A stretch of DNA of 64,000 nt from Phototrophicaceae bacterium (GCA_965262005.1 OZ253492.1:207321-271320), one strand, 5' to 3'. Positions 18,981 through 28,104 are shown, counted from the stretch's first letter. Notes: a model not told the origin generated them from the letters alone. Numbers and translations are program-made.

Positions 18981-20133
18981 CATCACTCAAAGCTCAATCG
19001 GCGAGGGCGGCTATGTTTACACTAGCGCCGGACAAGCCACTGCGATGGACCTTTGCGCAGCGGGCCATGGCGATGGCTCAACTTATACCGTTGTCCCTGT
19101 GCCTGCCAATACCGATGTCTGGCAATGCGCGCCGCCGCCAGCAGACAGGCCTGAACCTACATCGACCCAAACATCCGTACCCCCAAGCAACACAGCGCTA
19201 CCGACTGCAACCGAGACGTCTACAGTAGCCGCGACCGATTCGCCGCCGCCAACAGCGATAGAGAAGCAGGCAAACAGCGATGCGGGTCACTGCTTACTGA
19301 GCGTATTTGGATATTTCCCGGTGCCGGGGAATAACTTCTTGCCTGCAAGCCTGTTTTTGTACGGCGATGATGAATGCAGTCAAGGCGACGGATATGTATA
19401 TGACGCTCCCGGCAGCTATGGAACGGCCTATTCCCCGACAGGCAGGGAAGCGGCTGCGGCGATCTACCAACGAGAGAATGCCGATGGCTTCGATTACACT
19501 GTCAGCCCCTTCACCTTGCATCAGGATCTCTACGTTTGCGTTCGCGGCGAAGCGAGCGCCGCGGCCAGCGATACGTCTGTACCGACTGCGACCAACACGC
19601 CCGTGCCAACCGCGACCAATACGCCTTCACCAACTGCTACGAACACACCCGAGCCAACCGCAACCGACACACCATCGCCGACGGCGAGCAACACGCCTGT
19701 CCCGACGAATACAACAGTGCCGACGGCGACAGACTCGCCTGTTCCTGACGGAAAAGATACAACCCAACAGGAGGCAGCCGACACCTGTGTTCACGCCAGT
19801 GGGGGGATTTACGTCAGCTTCCCCGCCAACAGCTTCCTGATCGGCGCGATCAGCCTGTACACGGATAGCGACTGCCAGATCAGCAATAGCCAGACCAACA
19901 CCCCTGGCAGCTACGGGATCGTTTACACCGCCGCCGGACAAGAGCGCGCGCTGAACTCTGCGCCGCCGGCAATGACAACGGCATGGCATTCACAGCAAGA
20001 AGCGGCTCTTTTAGCAACAATATTTGGCGCTGCGACCCACAGACCGCGACCAACACGCCCGAACCCGCCGATACGCAATCCATTCAGCCGCAGCAACAGG
20101 CAGTTGAACCGACAGCAGTGTCCGCAGTCATAG
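18781..20133 (+). CDS. adhesin fragment 4: Cys module A2, B2, degenerate A3
   Basis: ASNTPEPTTTNTPLPTNTTVPP..., GFCVLVGPGTYWLFPNDRFLSGLITVY..., NSDAGHCLLSVFGYFPVPGNNF... The tail after about 19954 is out of frame. Confidence 0.65.
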   Translation, partial: ASNTPEPTTTNTPLPTNTTVPPTHTPAPTPSGFCVLVGPGTYWLFPNDRFLSGLITVYAGSDCGQLDITQSSIGEGGYVYTSAGQATAMDLCAAGHGDGSTYTVVPVPANTDVWQCAPPPADRPEPTSTQTSVPPSNTALPTATETSTVAATDSPPPTAIEKQANSDAGHCLLSVFGYFPVPGNNFLPASLFLYGDDECSQGDGYVYDAPGSYGTAYSPTGREAAAAIYQRENADGFDYTVSPFTLHQDLYVCVRGEASAAASDTSVPTATNTPVPTATNTPSPTATNTPEPTATDTPSPTASNTPVPTNTTVPTATDSPVPDGKDTTQQEAADTCVHASGGIYVSFPANSFLIGAISLYTDSDCQISNSQTNTPGSYGIVYTAAGQERALNSAPPAMTTAWHSQQEAALLATIFGAATHRPRPTRPNPPIRNPFSRSNRQLNRQQCPQS

Positions 20134-20951
20134 AAGGCAGCGACGCAACGGCGACCAACACGCCCGAACCCACCGCCACCAACACGCTTGTCCCGACGAA
20201 TACGACAGTGCCGCCGACCAATACGCCCATACCAGCGGCCAGCAACACCGCCATACCGGAAAGCGCGAAGCGGATCAACAGCGTCACTCTCCTGAGCGAC
20301 CAGCCCGGCGTACTCGTTGTCACATGGAATCTGCCGTCAGCGTCACCGGGTGACTACCGCCTCAGTTGGGCGCGCGTTGGCGAAGGCTTCCCCTACTTTA
20401 AGAATCCGGGCAATGTCTACCCGACGACAAATTCCTACACCATCACGGACCTGGAACAGGGCGCGCGTTACAAAGTGCGGGTACGCGCCCGCTACGATGG
20501 CGGCGGCGACTGGAGCGAGCCGGTCGATGCGGAGGTCATGGCTGCGCCCGTTGCCGCCAACACAGCTGTCCCGACGAATACAGCAGTACCGCCGACCAAC
20601 ACACCTGTGCCGACGAATACAACAGTTCCGCCGACCAACACGCCCGTGCCCGTGGCTAATAGCCGTGATGTTAGCAACGTACAGCTGACAAGCGCTCAGC
20701 TAGGCGAGCTTACGGTATCGTGGAATGCGCCCTCGGAAGCGCCGCGGGACTATCGCGTCATGTACGCCCGAGTCGATGAAAACTACAAGTCCTGGAAAGA
20801 TTCGAGCGGCAATGTCTTTCCGACCGGCGCCTCGATCACACTCACTGGCTTGGACCAGGGTGTGCGTTACAAGCTAAAGGTGCGGGCGCGCTACAACGGC
20901 GGTTCAGGCGACTGGTCGGAGCAGTATGAGGCGGATATTGCCGCTTCCTGA
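19956..20951 (+). CDS. adhesin fragment 5: two fibronectin-III-like domains
   Basis: LCAAGNDNGMAFTARSG... followed by two FN3-like units (VLVVTWNLPSASPGDYRLSWARVG...YKVRVRARY and LTVSWNAPSEAPRDYRVMYARVD...YKLKVRARY). Confidence 0.65.
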   Translation, partial: LCAAGNDNGMAFTARSGSFSNNIWRCDPQTATNTPEPADTQSIQPQQQAVEPTAVSAVIEGSDATATNTPEPTATNTLVPTNTTVPPTNTPIPAASNTAIPESAKRINSVTLLSDQPGVLVVTWNLPSASPGDYRLSWARVGEGFPYFKNPGNVYPTTNSYTITDLEQGARYKVRVRARYDGGGDWSEPVDAEVMAAPVAANTAVPTNTAVPPTNTPVPTNTTVPPTNTPVPVANSRDVSNVQLTSAQLGELTVSWNAPSEAPRDYRVMYARVDENYKSWKDSSGNVFPTGASITLTGLDQGVRYKLKVRARYNGGSGDWSEQYEADIAAS

Positions 20952-21152
20952 GAATAGCGAGAGTAACGGGCGCTCGAATTCTGTAAAGGTTGACCGCTAA
21001 GCCGAGCACCCGGCAACTGTTGTTGAATGCGAGCGGTGTGCCGGAATCTCAGATTGTTCTCGCTTATCGTGGGGATGCCATCCCGGCTTAAATTCCGTTT
21101 GGCGGCTTCTCTAATGCAGCGCGCAGTATTGTGTTGCTCAGCGTGAGGATAC

Positions 21153-21407
21153 ATGAATCTGGAAGCGATTTTGCGCGAGGTTGCCAGATTGACTGCGTAG
21201 GAGCGCCTGCAGTTGCGAAGTTATCTCGACCAGGTCCCCGAGAAGGTTCCACGGTTAACCCCCGCAGAAAAGACTCAACGATTAAATGCGGCGCTGGATG
21301 CGATGGGAGATGGTCTTAGCCCAGCGGAGCTTGACAGCATGACAGCGGCGATGATAGGGGAATACGGCAACCCCTCAGAAGAGTCCGATAGCGATCCGCG
21401 CGACTAA
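21153..21407 (+). pseudogene. small addiction-module-antidote-like ORF interrupted by an amber codon
   Basis: MNLEAILREVARLTA*ERLQLRSYLDQ... TAG at 21198-21200 is in frame with track ORF 21213..21407. The N-terminal helix resembles putative addiction-module component families. Confidence 0.35.
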
Positions 21408-21466
21408 GGCATGGCGGCCCGCATCCTGGCAAGAATCTCGACAGGTTCGTAGACGCTCACCGGTGC

Positions 21467-22373
21467 TCAATCCGAGCCATCCAGTACGCCGATGTAGGCT
21501 TGCGTTGTCTTGACATCAACATGCCCCAGGTTCTGCCGGATCACCTCGGTGGAAATGCCCGCCTTGAAGAGATTCCGGGCATAACTGCGGCGCAAATCAT
21601 GCGGCGTTACGGACCTCCGCTGCCTCCTGATGGCGCATATCACCGCGGCCTTGCCTCATTCGGATGAAGACCGGTCCCGACTCCCGTCCGTTCAGCCACA
21701 GCTCGGTAATCTGGCGCGCCCACAACATATCGCCAAAGGGCGCCATGCGCGCCTTGGCGCCCTTGCCAGCTTTCACGCGCAAAGCCGGTACGCCGCCATA
21801 GGTCTGATAAAGATCACTAATCTCCAGCTGGACGACTTCGCCCTCGCGCAGTCCGGTCGCCAGCAGCAGGACGATCATCGCCACATCGCGCCGGCCACGT
21901 AGCCGAGATAGATCGGGGCGCATCATCAGGGCCGCCCCTTGCGCCGGCGTCAAGCGAATATGCCGGCTGTCTGCTTCGTCCTGGACGCTGATGGTCGTCA
22001 CTTTTGAGTGCTGCGGATCAATGGCGCGCATCAGCCGCAGCTCAAGCTCGTCCGCCATAGCTTTAATAGTGGCGAAGTCCGCTGCGGCGTATTCCTGCTG
22101 CAGGTGATTCACCAGGGCGGCGCGTTGTTGTGGGTTCTCAACCAGCGCTTTGTAACTGCGGTGGATGCTGGACAGATGAACGCGGGCGCTGGCCGGCGCG
22201 AGTGTCTCCATGAGTAGATCGCGATAGCTCGTCAGGGCGGGCTGGTGCAGAACGCGTCCGGACTCAGCCAGCCAGCGATTATAGCGCTTGATCTGTGAGA
22301 CGACGTTTTTGTTGTCCGAATGGGGCGGAAGTTGCACCTGCGGAATGAGGTCTGGAAGTCGTGAATTTACCAT
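21467..22373 (-). pseudogene. tyrosine recombinase/integrase, frameshifted
   Basis: The N-terminal 258 aa lie in one frame (track 21597..22373). The catalytic C-terminus HDLRRSYARNLFKAGISTEVIRQNLGHVDVKTTQAYIG is in another frame (21467..about 21640). The shift lies near 21600-21650. Confidence 0.75.
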
Positions 22374-22389
22374 GGAAATAGTATAGCAT

Positions 22390-22423
22390 AAAGTGTCGTA
22401 TAATTATGGAAATGCGACACTTT
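22390..22423. promoter_or_regulatory. 9-bp perfect inverted repeat bracketing a TATAAT box upstream of the integrase
   Basis: AAAGTGTCG (22390-22398) ... CGACACTTT (22415-22423), with TATAAT at 22399-22404. Located 17 bp upstream of the integrase ATG in an AT-rich spacer. Confidence 0.4.
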
Positions 22424-22656
22424 ACTGCTTTCAGATGCGCTCACACATCTATGCCGACTTGGGCTGGTCTGTGAAGGAACTCCGTGCCCAGAAGCAACGG
22501 ACCTGTGTCCCTGCTTGTGAAAGGTAAATGACATTTACGTCTTGCTTGTCGTCTTGTATGCTGCCTTATGGCACCGCGATGGAATCACTTGCATGTGTTC
22601 GATTCAGTGCGATGCTGTCGAAACAAAAGTGCCCCTAACTTCACAGGTGTGATCTC

Positions 22657-22866
22657 ATGGAAGTCAGAAAGCCCCTCAAAGACAAGTTGATGCGCGGATC
22701 AAAGCGCCGACATCCTGCAGGGTCTGCCGACGAGCCGACCAAAGCAGAGATTATGGAAGATATCCGCGTCGGCTTGCAACAGGCAGCGGCTGGTGAAGGC
22801 CGCCCTGCACGTGAAGCGTTCAGAGAACTCCGCCGGAAAACCGCTGGTAACGTTCAATCTCGTTAA
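22657..22866 (+). CDS. small hypothetical protein (possible antitoxin remnant)
   Basis: 69-aa ORF. PTKAEIMEDIRVGLQQAAAGEGRPAREAFRELRRK resembles antitoxin C-termini. The downstream sequence (to about 23070) has only broken RelE-like traces. Confidence 0.25.
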   Translation: MEVRKPLKDKLMRGSKRRHPAGSADEPTKAEIMEDIRVGLQQAAAGEGRPAREAFRELRRKTAGNVQSR

Positions 22867-23180
22867 AGTATGGCCGAAGTTTAAAGATCGACACGAAGCT
22901 TTCGTGAGGAAGCATCATAACGTCATCAAGCAAGCTAAGAAACCCATTCAGCGGCTTGAAAACGGGGGAGCGCCTAGGGCTAGAGTTCACCAATGCGATA
23001 CCAGGTCGCTGAAAGCGACTACAGTCAGATCATCAACTGTAACGACCTATTTCTCGTCATCAGTCGGTAGAGTGGTTCAGTTTCTGCTGCAATGGTGGCT
23101 AGTTTGCGCCTGTCGCCAGCAATGTACGTAGCCTTGCAGCGTCACCGGTTTGCCTCGACAGTCGTCAGGATCAAGCACAC

Positions 23181-23836
23181 CGGTTACACCCCCACGCGGT
23201 ACACCCCCACGCCTGTGGGGAAAACGTCGTGAGACTCCGATTGACGACATGCTGGAGCGGTACACCCCCACGCCTGTGGGGAAAACCTGATCGGCGCGCA
23301 GGGCATCGGCAAATCGTACGGTACACCCCCACGCCTGTGGGGAAAACGACGGGCTTGTACACGCGGGAAGTAGCGGACGACGGTACACCCCCACGCCTGT
23401 GGGGAAAACAGTTGCATCGGGATCTTCGCAATCGCGCCCGACGGTACACCCCCACGCCTGTGGGGAAAACGGCGCGACCAAATGGAACGGATTGAAGGCA
23501 CGGGGTACACCCCCACGCCTGTGGGGAAAACAAGGGGACGATCCATAAGACAATGATACCCTACGGTACACCCCCACGCCTGTGGGGAAAACAATGCTAT
23601 AAGAGCGTCAAAACCATCAGTGCCCGGTACACCCCCACGCCTGTGGGGAAAACTCAATTCTGGAGGGCGATTATCGCTGTCTGTTCGGTACACCCCCACG
23701 CCTGTGGGGAAAACTACATTCCTTGGTGCGTCTATCGCTGGGAACGCGGTACACCCCCACGCCTGTGGGGAAAACTCAACGACCGTATCAGCCGTTGTCT
23801 TACGAGACGGTACACCCCCACGCCTGTGGGGAAAAC
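23181..23836 (-). CRISPR. type I-E CRISPR array: 11 repeats, 10 spacers, plus a degenerate terminal partial repeat
   Basis: 29-nt repeat GTTTTCCCCACAGGCGTGGGGGTGTACCG (minus strand) with stem CCCCAC/GTGGGG. Repeats start (plus coordinates) at 23197, 23258, 23319, 23381, 23442, 23503, 23564, 23625, 23686, 23747 and 23808. Spacers are 32-33 nt. A partial degenerate repeat lies at 23181-23196, distal to cas2. Confidence 0.97.
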
Positions 23837-23900
23837 CCTTCCGTAATAAAACGTAAGATTCACAGAACCGCGTTCTGAGTGGCCTACTCCTTGTTCAAAC
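23837..23900 (-). promoter_or_regulatory. CRISPR leader
   Basis: 64-nt, relatively AT-rich spacer between the cas2 stop (23901) and the first repeat. Its position and the degenerate repeat at the far end define the polarity. Confidence 0.5.
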
Positions 23901-24203
23901 TTAACGGTCCTCCACGTCCCCTCCGGCCGGCAACGGTCGCCTGACCAACTGCAGGCCATCGATGTCGACAATCTCCCGCCGCGTATTGCCAAACACGCGG
24001 ACCGCGAACCGTTGCTCGTTGTTGGTCGTCCACATCTGGATAACTCCTCCCTCACGGCAGGCAGCACACGCTCGTTCCCACAGGCGATCCCGCACCATCG
24101 CCGTCAAATGACCCAGAAACACCCCTGGATGTGGTTCGATCAGCCAGCGCGATAACTCCCCGCGTAAGCCGACAGGTACACTTTCCATGATCATCACGAC
24201 CAT
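23901..24203 (-). CDS. cas2: Cas2 (type I-E)
   Basis: 100 aa, last gene before the array, overlaps cas1 by 10 nt. ESVPVGLRGELSRWL... is typical of Cas2e. Confidence 0.9.
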   Translation of the reverse strand: MVVMIMESVPVGLRGELSRWLIEPHPGVFLGHLTAMVRDRLWERACAACREGGVIQMWTTNNEQRFAVRVFGNTRREIVDIDGLQLVRRPLPAGGDVEDR

Positions 24204-25117
24204 GCTTCGTCCTCCTCAAATAGCGCGTCCCAATCGATATCATCGATCAACGGACCTGGCAATGCGCCATCTTCATCATAATCCGGCTGCGGCTCTTCCT
24301 GCATTTCCAGTAGCGCGTCAATATCGGGCAAAAGACGCTGCAGCAGCTTCGCCTCTTTGAAGCCTTCACGACAACGGCGGCGAACATGCGCATCGATATC
24401 TGCCTTGCTGAGGGCGGCGGTCTCGAATGCTATGGGAATCGAAAGCTCAGTCTTGTACAGGTCGGCGATATCGTAGACAAACGACAATTGCTTGCCCGTA
24501 TGGATGAAACCTAGGCCCGGTGAATATCCCCCACTCACAATGGCAGCGTGACAGAGACCGTTCAGTAATGCGTTCGCCATCGACAGCGAACGATTTACTG
24601 GATCGGAGGCATCCCAGTCGTTGCGTGTGTAGCGCCTGCCTCGCCATTTCACGCCATAGCGTCGGCTCATGAGTTGATAGGTATTTCGGACGCGCACACC
24701 TTCGTGACCACGGATTTGTTCCAGGCTCAGGTCCGGATCCAGTACTTCATCAAAACGTTTGGTATACATCGCCAGCGCTACCTTGCGCCGCGTTTGCGGA
24801 TCGGACACCAAACTCGCCTGCTTCAACAAGCGGTATGCCTTGCGTGTTTCGCCCGTCCCCTGAGCGTAGAAGCGAGTAGAGTCCTCGCCGACCCAGACGA
24901 TAGAGCAGCCGTTTTGTGCCAGCAGTTTCACCGCTTCGTGGGTAATGCTGGTGCCTGGTCCCAGCAGCAAAAGCGAAAGCGAAGCAATCGGCACAGCGAC
25001 CTTGCCATTTTTGTCCACCAGTTCCACAGCATTGCGATAACGTTGGACGACAGCTCGTTCCACGTAGACATAACTGAGACTGTCGCGCAGTTTGGGCAGG
25101 ATGTGCAAATCTTGCAT
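24194..25117 (-). CDS. cas1: Cas1 (type I-E)
   Basis: 307 aa. Position and Cas1e-like sequence (SYVYVERAVV..., GLGFIHTGKQLSFVYDIADLYK). Confidence 0.92.
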   Translation of the reverse strand: MQDLHILPKLRDSLSYVYVERAVVQRYRNAVELVDKNGKVAVPIASLSLLLLGPGTSITHEAVKLLAQNGCSIVWVGEDSTRFYAQGTGETRKAYRLLKQASLVSDPQTRRKVALAMYTKRFDEVLDPDLSLEQIRGHEGVRVRNTYQLMSRRYGVKWRGRRYTRNDWDASDPVNRSLSMANALLNGLCHAAIVSGGYSPGLGFIHTGKQLSFVYDIADLYKTELSIPIAFETAALSKADIDAHVRRRCREGFKEAKLLQRLLPDIDALLEMQEEPQPDYDEDGALPGPLIDDIDWDALFEEDEAWS

Positions 25118-25199
25118 TTCACGCCTCCAATATTAGAGCGGTGGCAGTTCGAGTGTTTTTACTGCCTATACTTCCAAGCTTGACTGAAGCGATGAAACT

Positions 25200-25811
25200 T
25201 CAAGCCGGGTAAGGCACAGAAAGCAAACCACAGCCAAAAGCTTTTGCGCTGCCAATACCGTTTTGCAGCGACTCCACAAATGCCCCCGGCTCACTGACCT
25301 GCAGTACGCCCTCAAACTGCACCACATGCCAAGTCTGTTTGCGCCGCTTGCCGTGCAGCTTGCCTAGCTTTACGCTGCGCACATTCAGCGGTTTGACTGC
25401 GAAGCCGTGCGTTTCGCCTTTGCGCTGCAGCCATCCTGCCAACTCATCTTCGGCTAAGACGGCGTGTCGCTTGCCGGCGCGCTTGACCGTCGGATTGGCT
25501 TGCAGGCGGAATGGCAACCGCGATCCCTCGCTGACCTGTGGTTCCACCGTACGCACCTCAGGCAGTTTGCACAGATAACGCGGATCGCTCAGCCGTTCGG
25601 CTTTTTGCCAATCCGGAAGTTCTTGCGATTGCACTAGAATGGTGACGTATGGCTGTCGCCGCGCCTGCTCCACGCGGTAGAGGACACGCTCTTCCGGCGG
25701 CAATTGCTCGGTAAAAGCACATAGCAGCGTACGATGCAATTCATAACGGTCGCTGAGATCGCGCCGCGCTGGTCGATGTCGTAGGTTGATCAGCAGTTGC
25801 GAGAGAAACAC
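25200..25811 (-). CDS. cas6e: Cas6e (CasE) pre-crRNA endoribonuclease
   Basis: 203 aa. MFLSQLLINLRHRPARRDLSDRYELHRTL and the C-terminal GIGSAKAFGCGLL are typical of CasE. Confidence 0.9.
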   Translation of the reverse strand: MFLSQLLINLRHRPARRDLSDRYELHRTLLCAFTEQLPPEERVLYRVEQARRQPYVTILVQSQELPDWQKAERLSDPRYLCKLPEVRTVEPQVSEGSRLPFRLQANPTVKRAGKRHAVLAEDELAGWLQRKGETHGFAVKPLNVRSVKLGKLHGKRRKQTWHVVQFEGVLQVSEPGAFVESLQNGIGSAKAFGCGLLSVPYPA

Positions 25812-25813
25812 AC

Positions 25814-26476
25814 CTAAGCCTCCTCTTGATAGCCGGGATAAGCCACCGATTCTCGGCGCAGCCGTCGCGGGACGAAACGCCTGGGCTTGAACGAGACTGG
25901 CTGGTCATTTCGCACGACTGAGCCGTTCGCGTCATCTTCGATCAGCAACTGCAAGCGTTCGTCCACTCGCGCGTCGCCACCCAGGTAACGGTAATTGCGC
26001 AAGGCGCTCTCCAAGTCTTCGTCTCGCAACCCATCCGGCAGCCAGACTCGCTCACAGGGTAGAAATGCCTTGCGCCCGAAAAACAGAAACCAGCGCGGCT
26101 GCTCAAGCGCGGCTTGCAAGGTTTCGAGCAGGGTACGCTCCCCATCCAAACCCACCAGAAATTTAGCATCCGACAGATAGTAGCGGTCGGACAAGATAGC
26201 ATTCTTGCGCTCAATGCTGCCGCTGACTTTGTAGTAGCCATCTATGCCCGCGGTATGGAAATCACGCAATATCGTTCCCTGTTGATCAATGCGCACTCCC
26301 ATTTTCATCGCGCGCAAATCGACAATTGGCTCGTGACGTGGGCGCCCTAGCGCAGCGCAGAGCAAACCGACTATCCCGCTCTTTGATGGCTCGCGACCGG
26401 TATCACGATGGCTGAAGTGGCTCTGCGTCCCCCAGGATTGCAGGGGCGCGCTAATTCGCAAGAGTAGTGTCGCCAT
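25814..26476 (-). CDS. cas5e: Cas5e (CasD)
   Basis: MATLLLRISAPLQSWGTQSHFSHRDTGREPSKSGIVGLLCAALGR is the canonical CasD N-terminus. TAG stop 2 nt before the cas6e start. Confidence 0.9.
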   Translation of the reverse strand: MATLLLRISAPLQSWGTQSHFSHRDTGREPSKSGIVGLLCAALGRPRHEPIVDLRAMKMGVRIDQQGTILRDFHTAGIDGYYKVSGSIERKNAILSDRYYLSDAKFLVGLDGERTLLETLQAALEQPRWFLFFGRKAFLPCERVWLPDGLRDEDLESALRNYRYLGGDARVDERLQLLIEDDANGSVVRNDQPVSFKPRRFVPRRLRRESVAYPGYQEEA

Positions 26477-26479
26477 GAG

Positions 26480-27589
26480 TTACACTCCGTTCAACGAAGC
26501 AGTCATGACGCCGATCCATTCGCCCAGGTTTGCTACCGTCGCGTCCGCCAATTCCTCCGAGGCCAGCTCATATCCGCGCGGATTCAGTGCCGCGATACTT
26601 GGATTGCCAAGGCGGTAAGCCCCTTCAACCTGATCCCAGTATTCGCTGAGCGCCTTTATCGATGGCTCGGCATAACCACTGTCACGCTTGCTGCGCACTG
26701 CCCTTTCAAAGGCATTGGCCAGCGATTGACCGTCGTTGTCCGGTCGCGCAACAGCCAGCAGGAAGTCCGGCGCATGCTGATTGACGAAGGAGTTCTTCAT
26801 GCCAGAAGGCACGACGAGCGCGAATGCCTTCATGAATGCGCCGACTGTTTGCCGGGCAAGGTCCGCCTCGCCGCCGAGGTTCATGGCGAGTTGCTCCCAA
26901 TCGATGCGGACGCAGCGGTAGTAGGTGGCGGAGTTAAAGGGGACCAAGCCGAGCATACCGGCGCCGCTAGTATCTTCCGGCGTGAAGTCGTCCACGGCGG
27001 TGAAATAGTCGAACTCCGCTGTGTTGACTTCATGTGTTGATATCGCATGCGCCACTTGGCTAGCGGCGTCGATATTGAGTGCCGGCTTCTCCGCCAGCAT
27101 GCGTCCGAATAGCGCAATGTCCGGCGCTGAAGTGCGGTTGGCCAACTGCTTGACCAAGCCCTTGCCGAACTGCTTGATATCCGGCGTCGTACCAGCTTCA
27201 TGAGCATCGCTAAGGCATTGCGCGATCGCTTCAATCTCGTCATCGCTGATGTAAAGCAGGACGCTTGTTTCTTGCTCCGATCTGCGGTCCATCTTGGCAT
27301 AGAGATCACCGGCGATTGCCACCGCCTGCTCTTCTACCCAGGCGCGATCAATGTCGTCCTTCTCCATTCTGTCCGCGATATGTTTCACCAGCTTTTTTGT
27401 CCTCGTACCGGTTGGCACGGCGACTGCGCTTTTGAAAACATTGGACACACGCATGGCGCGCTTGGCCGATTGTGAAGATATCCGCGCACGCCGGACGCCG
27501 CCAAAGAGTGCCTCCTTGGGGTTGCCGGTGTCATCACGATTGAGGTTCGATGGCGCGAAGCTCTGAATGGCATGCAATTCGATAATCAT
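26480..27589 (-). CDS. cas7e: Cas7e (CasC) Cascade backbone
   Basis: IELHAIQSFAPSNLNRDDTGNPKEALFGGVRRARISSQSAKRAMR matches the CasC N-terminal signature. Confidence 0.92.
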   Translation of the reverse strand: MIIELHAIQSFAPSNLNRDDTGNPKEALFGGVRRARISSQSAKRAMRVSNVFKSAVAVPTGTRTKKLVKHIADRMEKDDIDRAWVEEQAVAIAGDLYAKMDRRSEQETSVLLYISDDEIEAIAQCLSDAHEAGTTPDIKQFGKGLVKQLANRTSAPDIALFGRMLAEKPALNIDAASQVAHAISTHEVNTAEFDYFTAVDDFTPEDTSGAGMLGLVPFNSATYYRCVRIDWEQLAMNLGGEADLARQTVGAFMKAFALVVPSGMKNSFVNQHAPDFLLAVARPDNDGQSLANAFERAVRSKRDSGYAEPSIKALSEYWDQVEGAYRLGNPSIAALNPRGYELASEELADATVANLGEWIGVMTASLNGV

Positions 27590-27606
27590 CGGTCGGATTT
27601 CCTTTC

Positions 27607-28104
27607 TTATGCTGATTTGGATTCGGATTGATTGGCTCGCCAGAAGGCGTCAGCCCAATGACGCTGCACGAAGCGCTTGGGATGATCCCAATTGCGCAGG
27701 TCGGCCATGAGCTGATGCCAGTTGATGGCGATATCCTTGGCTTTCAAGATGCTGATTTGCTGTCGCAGGCGCGGCTCCAGCGTCTCCCGCCGCATACGCA
27801 GCAGCTGTACAAAACGGCGTTCGGTCGCCTCCGCGCTGCCTTCATCGGCAGCCAGCCGCCGCAGATGATCGCCGATGTTGCCGGACGATATCGAGGACGG
27901 GTGCAAGGCGAAGAGCGAGGCGATCATGTAAATGTCCGCTTCGTTCCAATCGTGCACGAAAGGGACGACGTAGGGGAACATTGCCGGTTCTTCGCCCGGC
28001 TGCGCGCCCAGCCCACGCCGCAATGCCGCCAGCATGGCGCGGTCTTCGGCGCGCGCCTGCAGGTAGGTGACGAAGGGATCTTCCTTCGTTTCAAAGGTAC
28101 TCAT
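27607..28104 (-). CDS. cse2: Cse2 (CasB/Cas11e) small subunit
   Basis: 165 aa, helical, located between cse1 and cas7e. Confidence 0.85.
   Translation of the reverse strand: MSTFETKEDPFVTYLQARAEDRAMLAALRRGLGAQPGEEPAMFPYVVPFVHDWNEADIYMIASLFALHPSSISSGNIGDHLRRLAADEGSAEATERRFVQLLRMRRETLEPRLRQQISILKAKDIAINWHQLMADLRNWDHPKRFVQRHWADAFWRANQSESKSA

Larger units (their letters stand above)
14584..20951 (+). pseudogene. giant secreted adhesin-like protein: Pmp-type beta-helix repeats, T/P linkers, Cys modules, LRR, 2x FN3; disrupted
   Basis: One reading frame is recoverable across five track ORFs. The lesions are an in-frame TAG at 15265-15267, a 1-nt deletion near 16342, a 10-bp tandem duplication at 18771-18790 and a 1-nt deletion near 19954. 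AGGAG RBS before ATG 14584. Confidence 0.8.

Noticed and set aside
17187-19539. Diversity-generating retroelement (template/variable repeat) as the explanation for the near-identical adhesin modules
   Set aside because: Differences between copies are not confined to adenine positions, both copies are in-frame protein modules, and no reverse transcriptase is present.
23077-24067. Several 78-171-aa ORFs on both strands across 23077-23856 (repetitive ...PTGVGVYR... / ...TPPRLWGK... peptides)
   Set aside because: They are translations of the CRISPR repeats. Their periodicity equals the 61-nt repeat-spacer unit.
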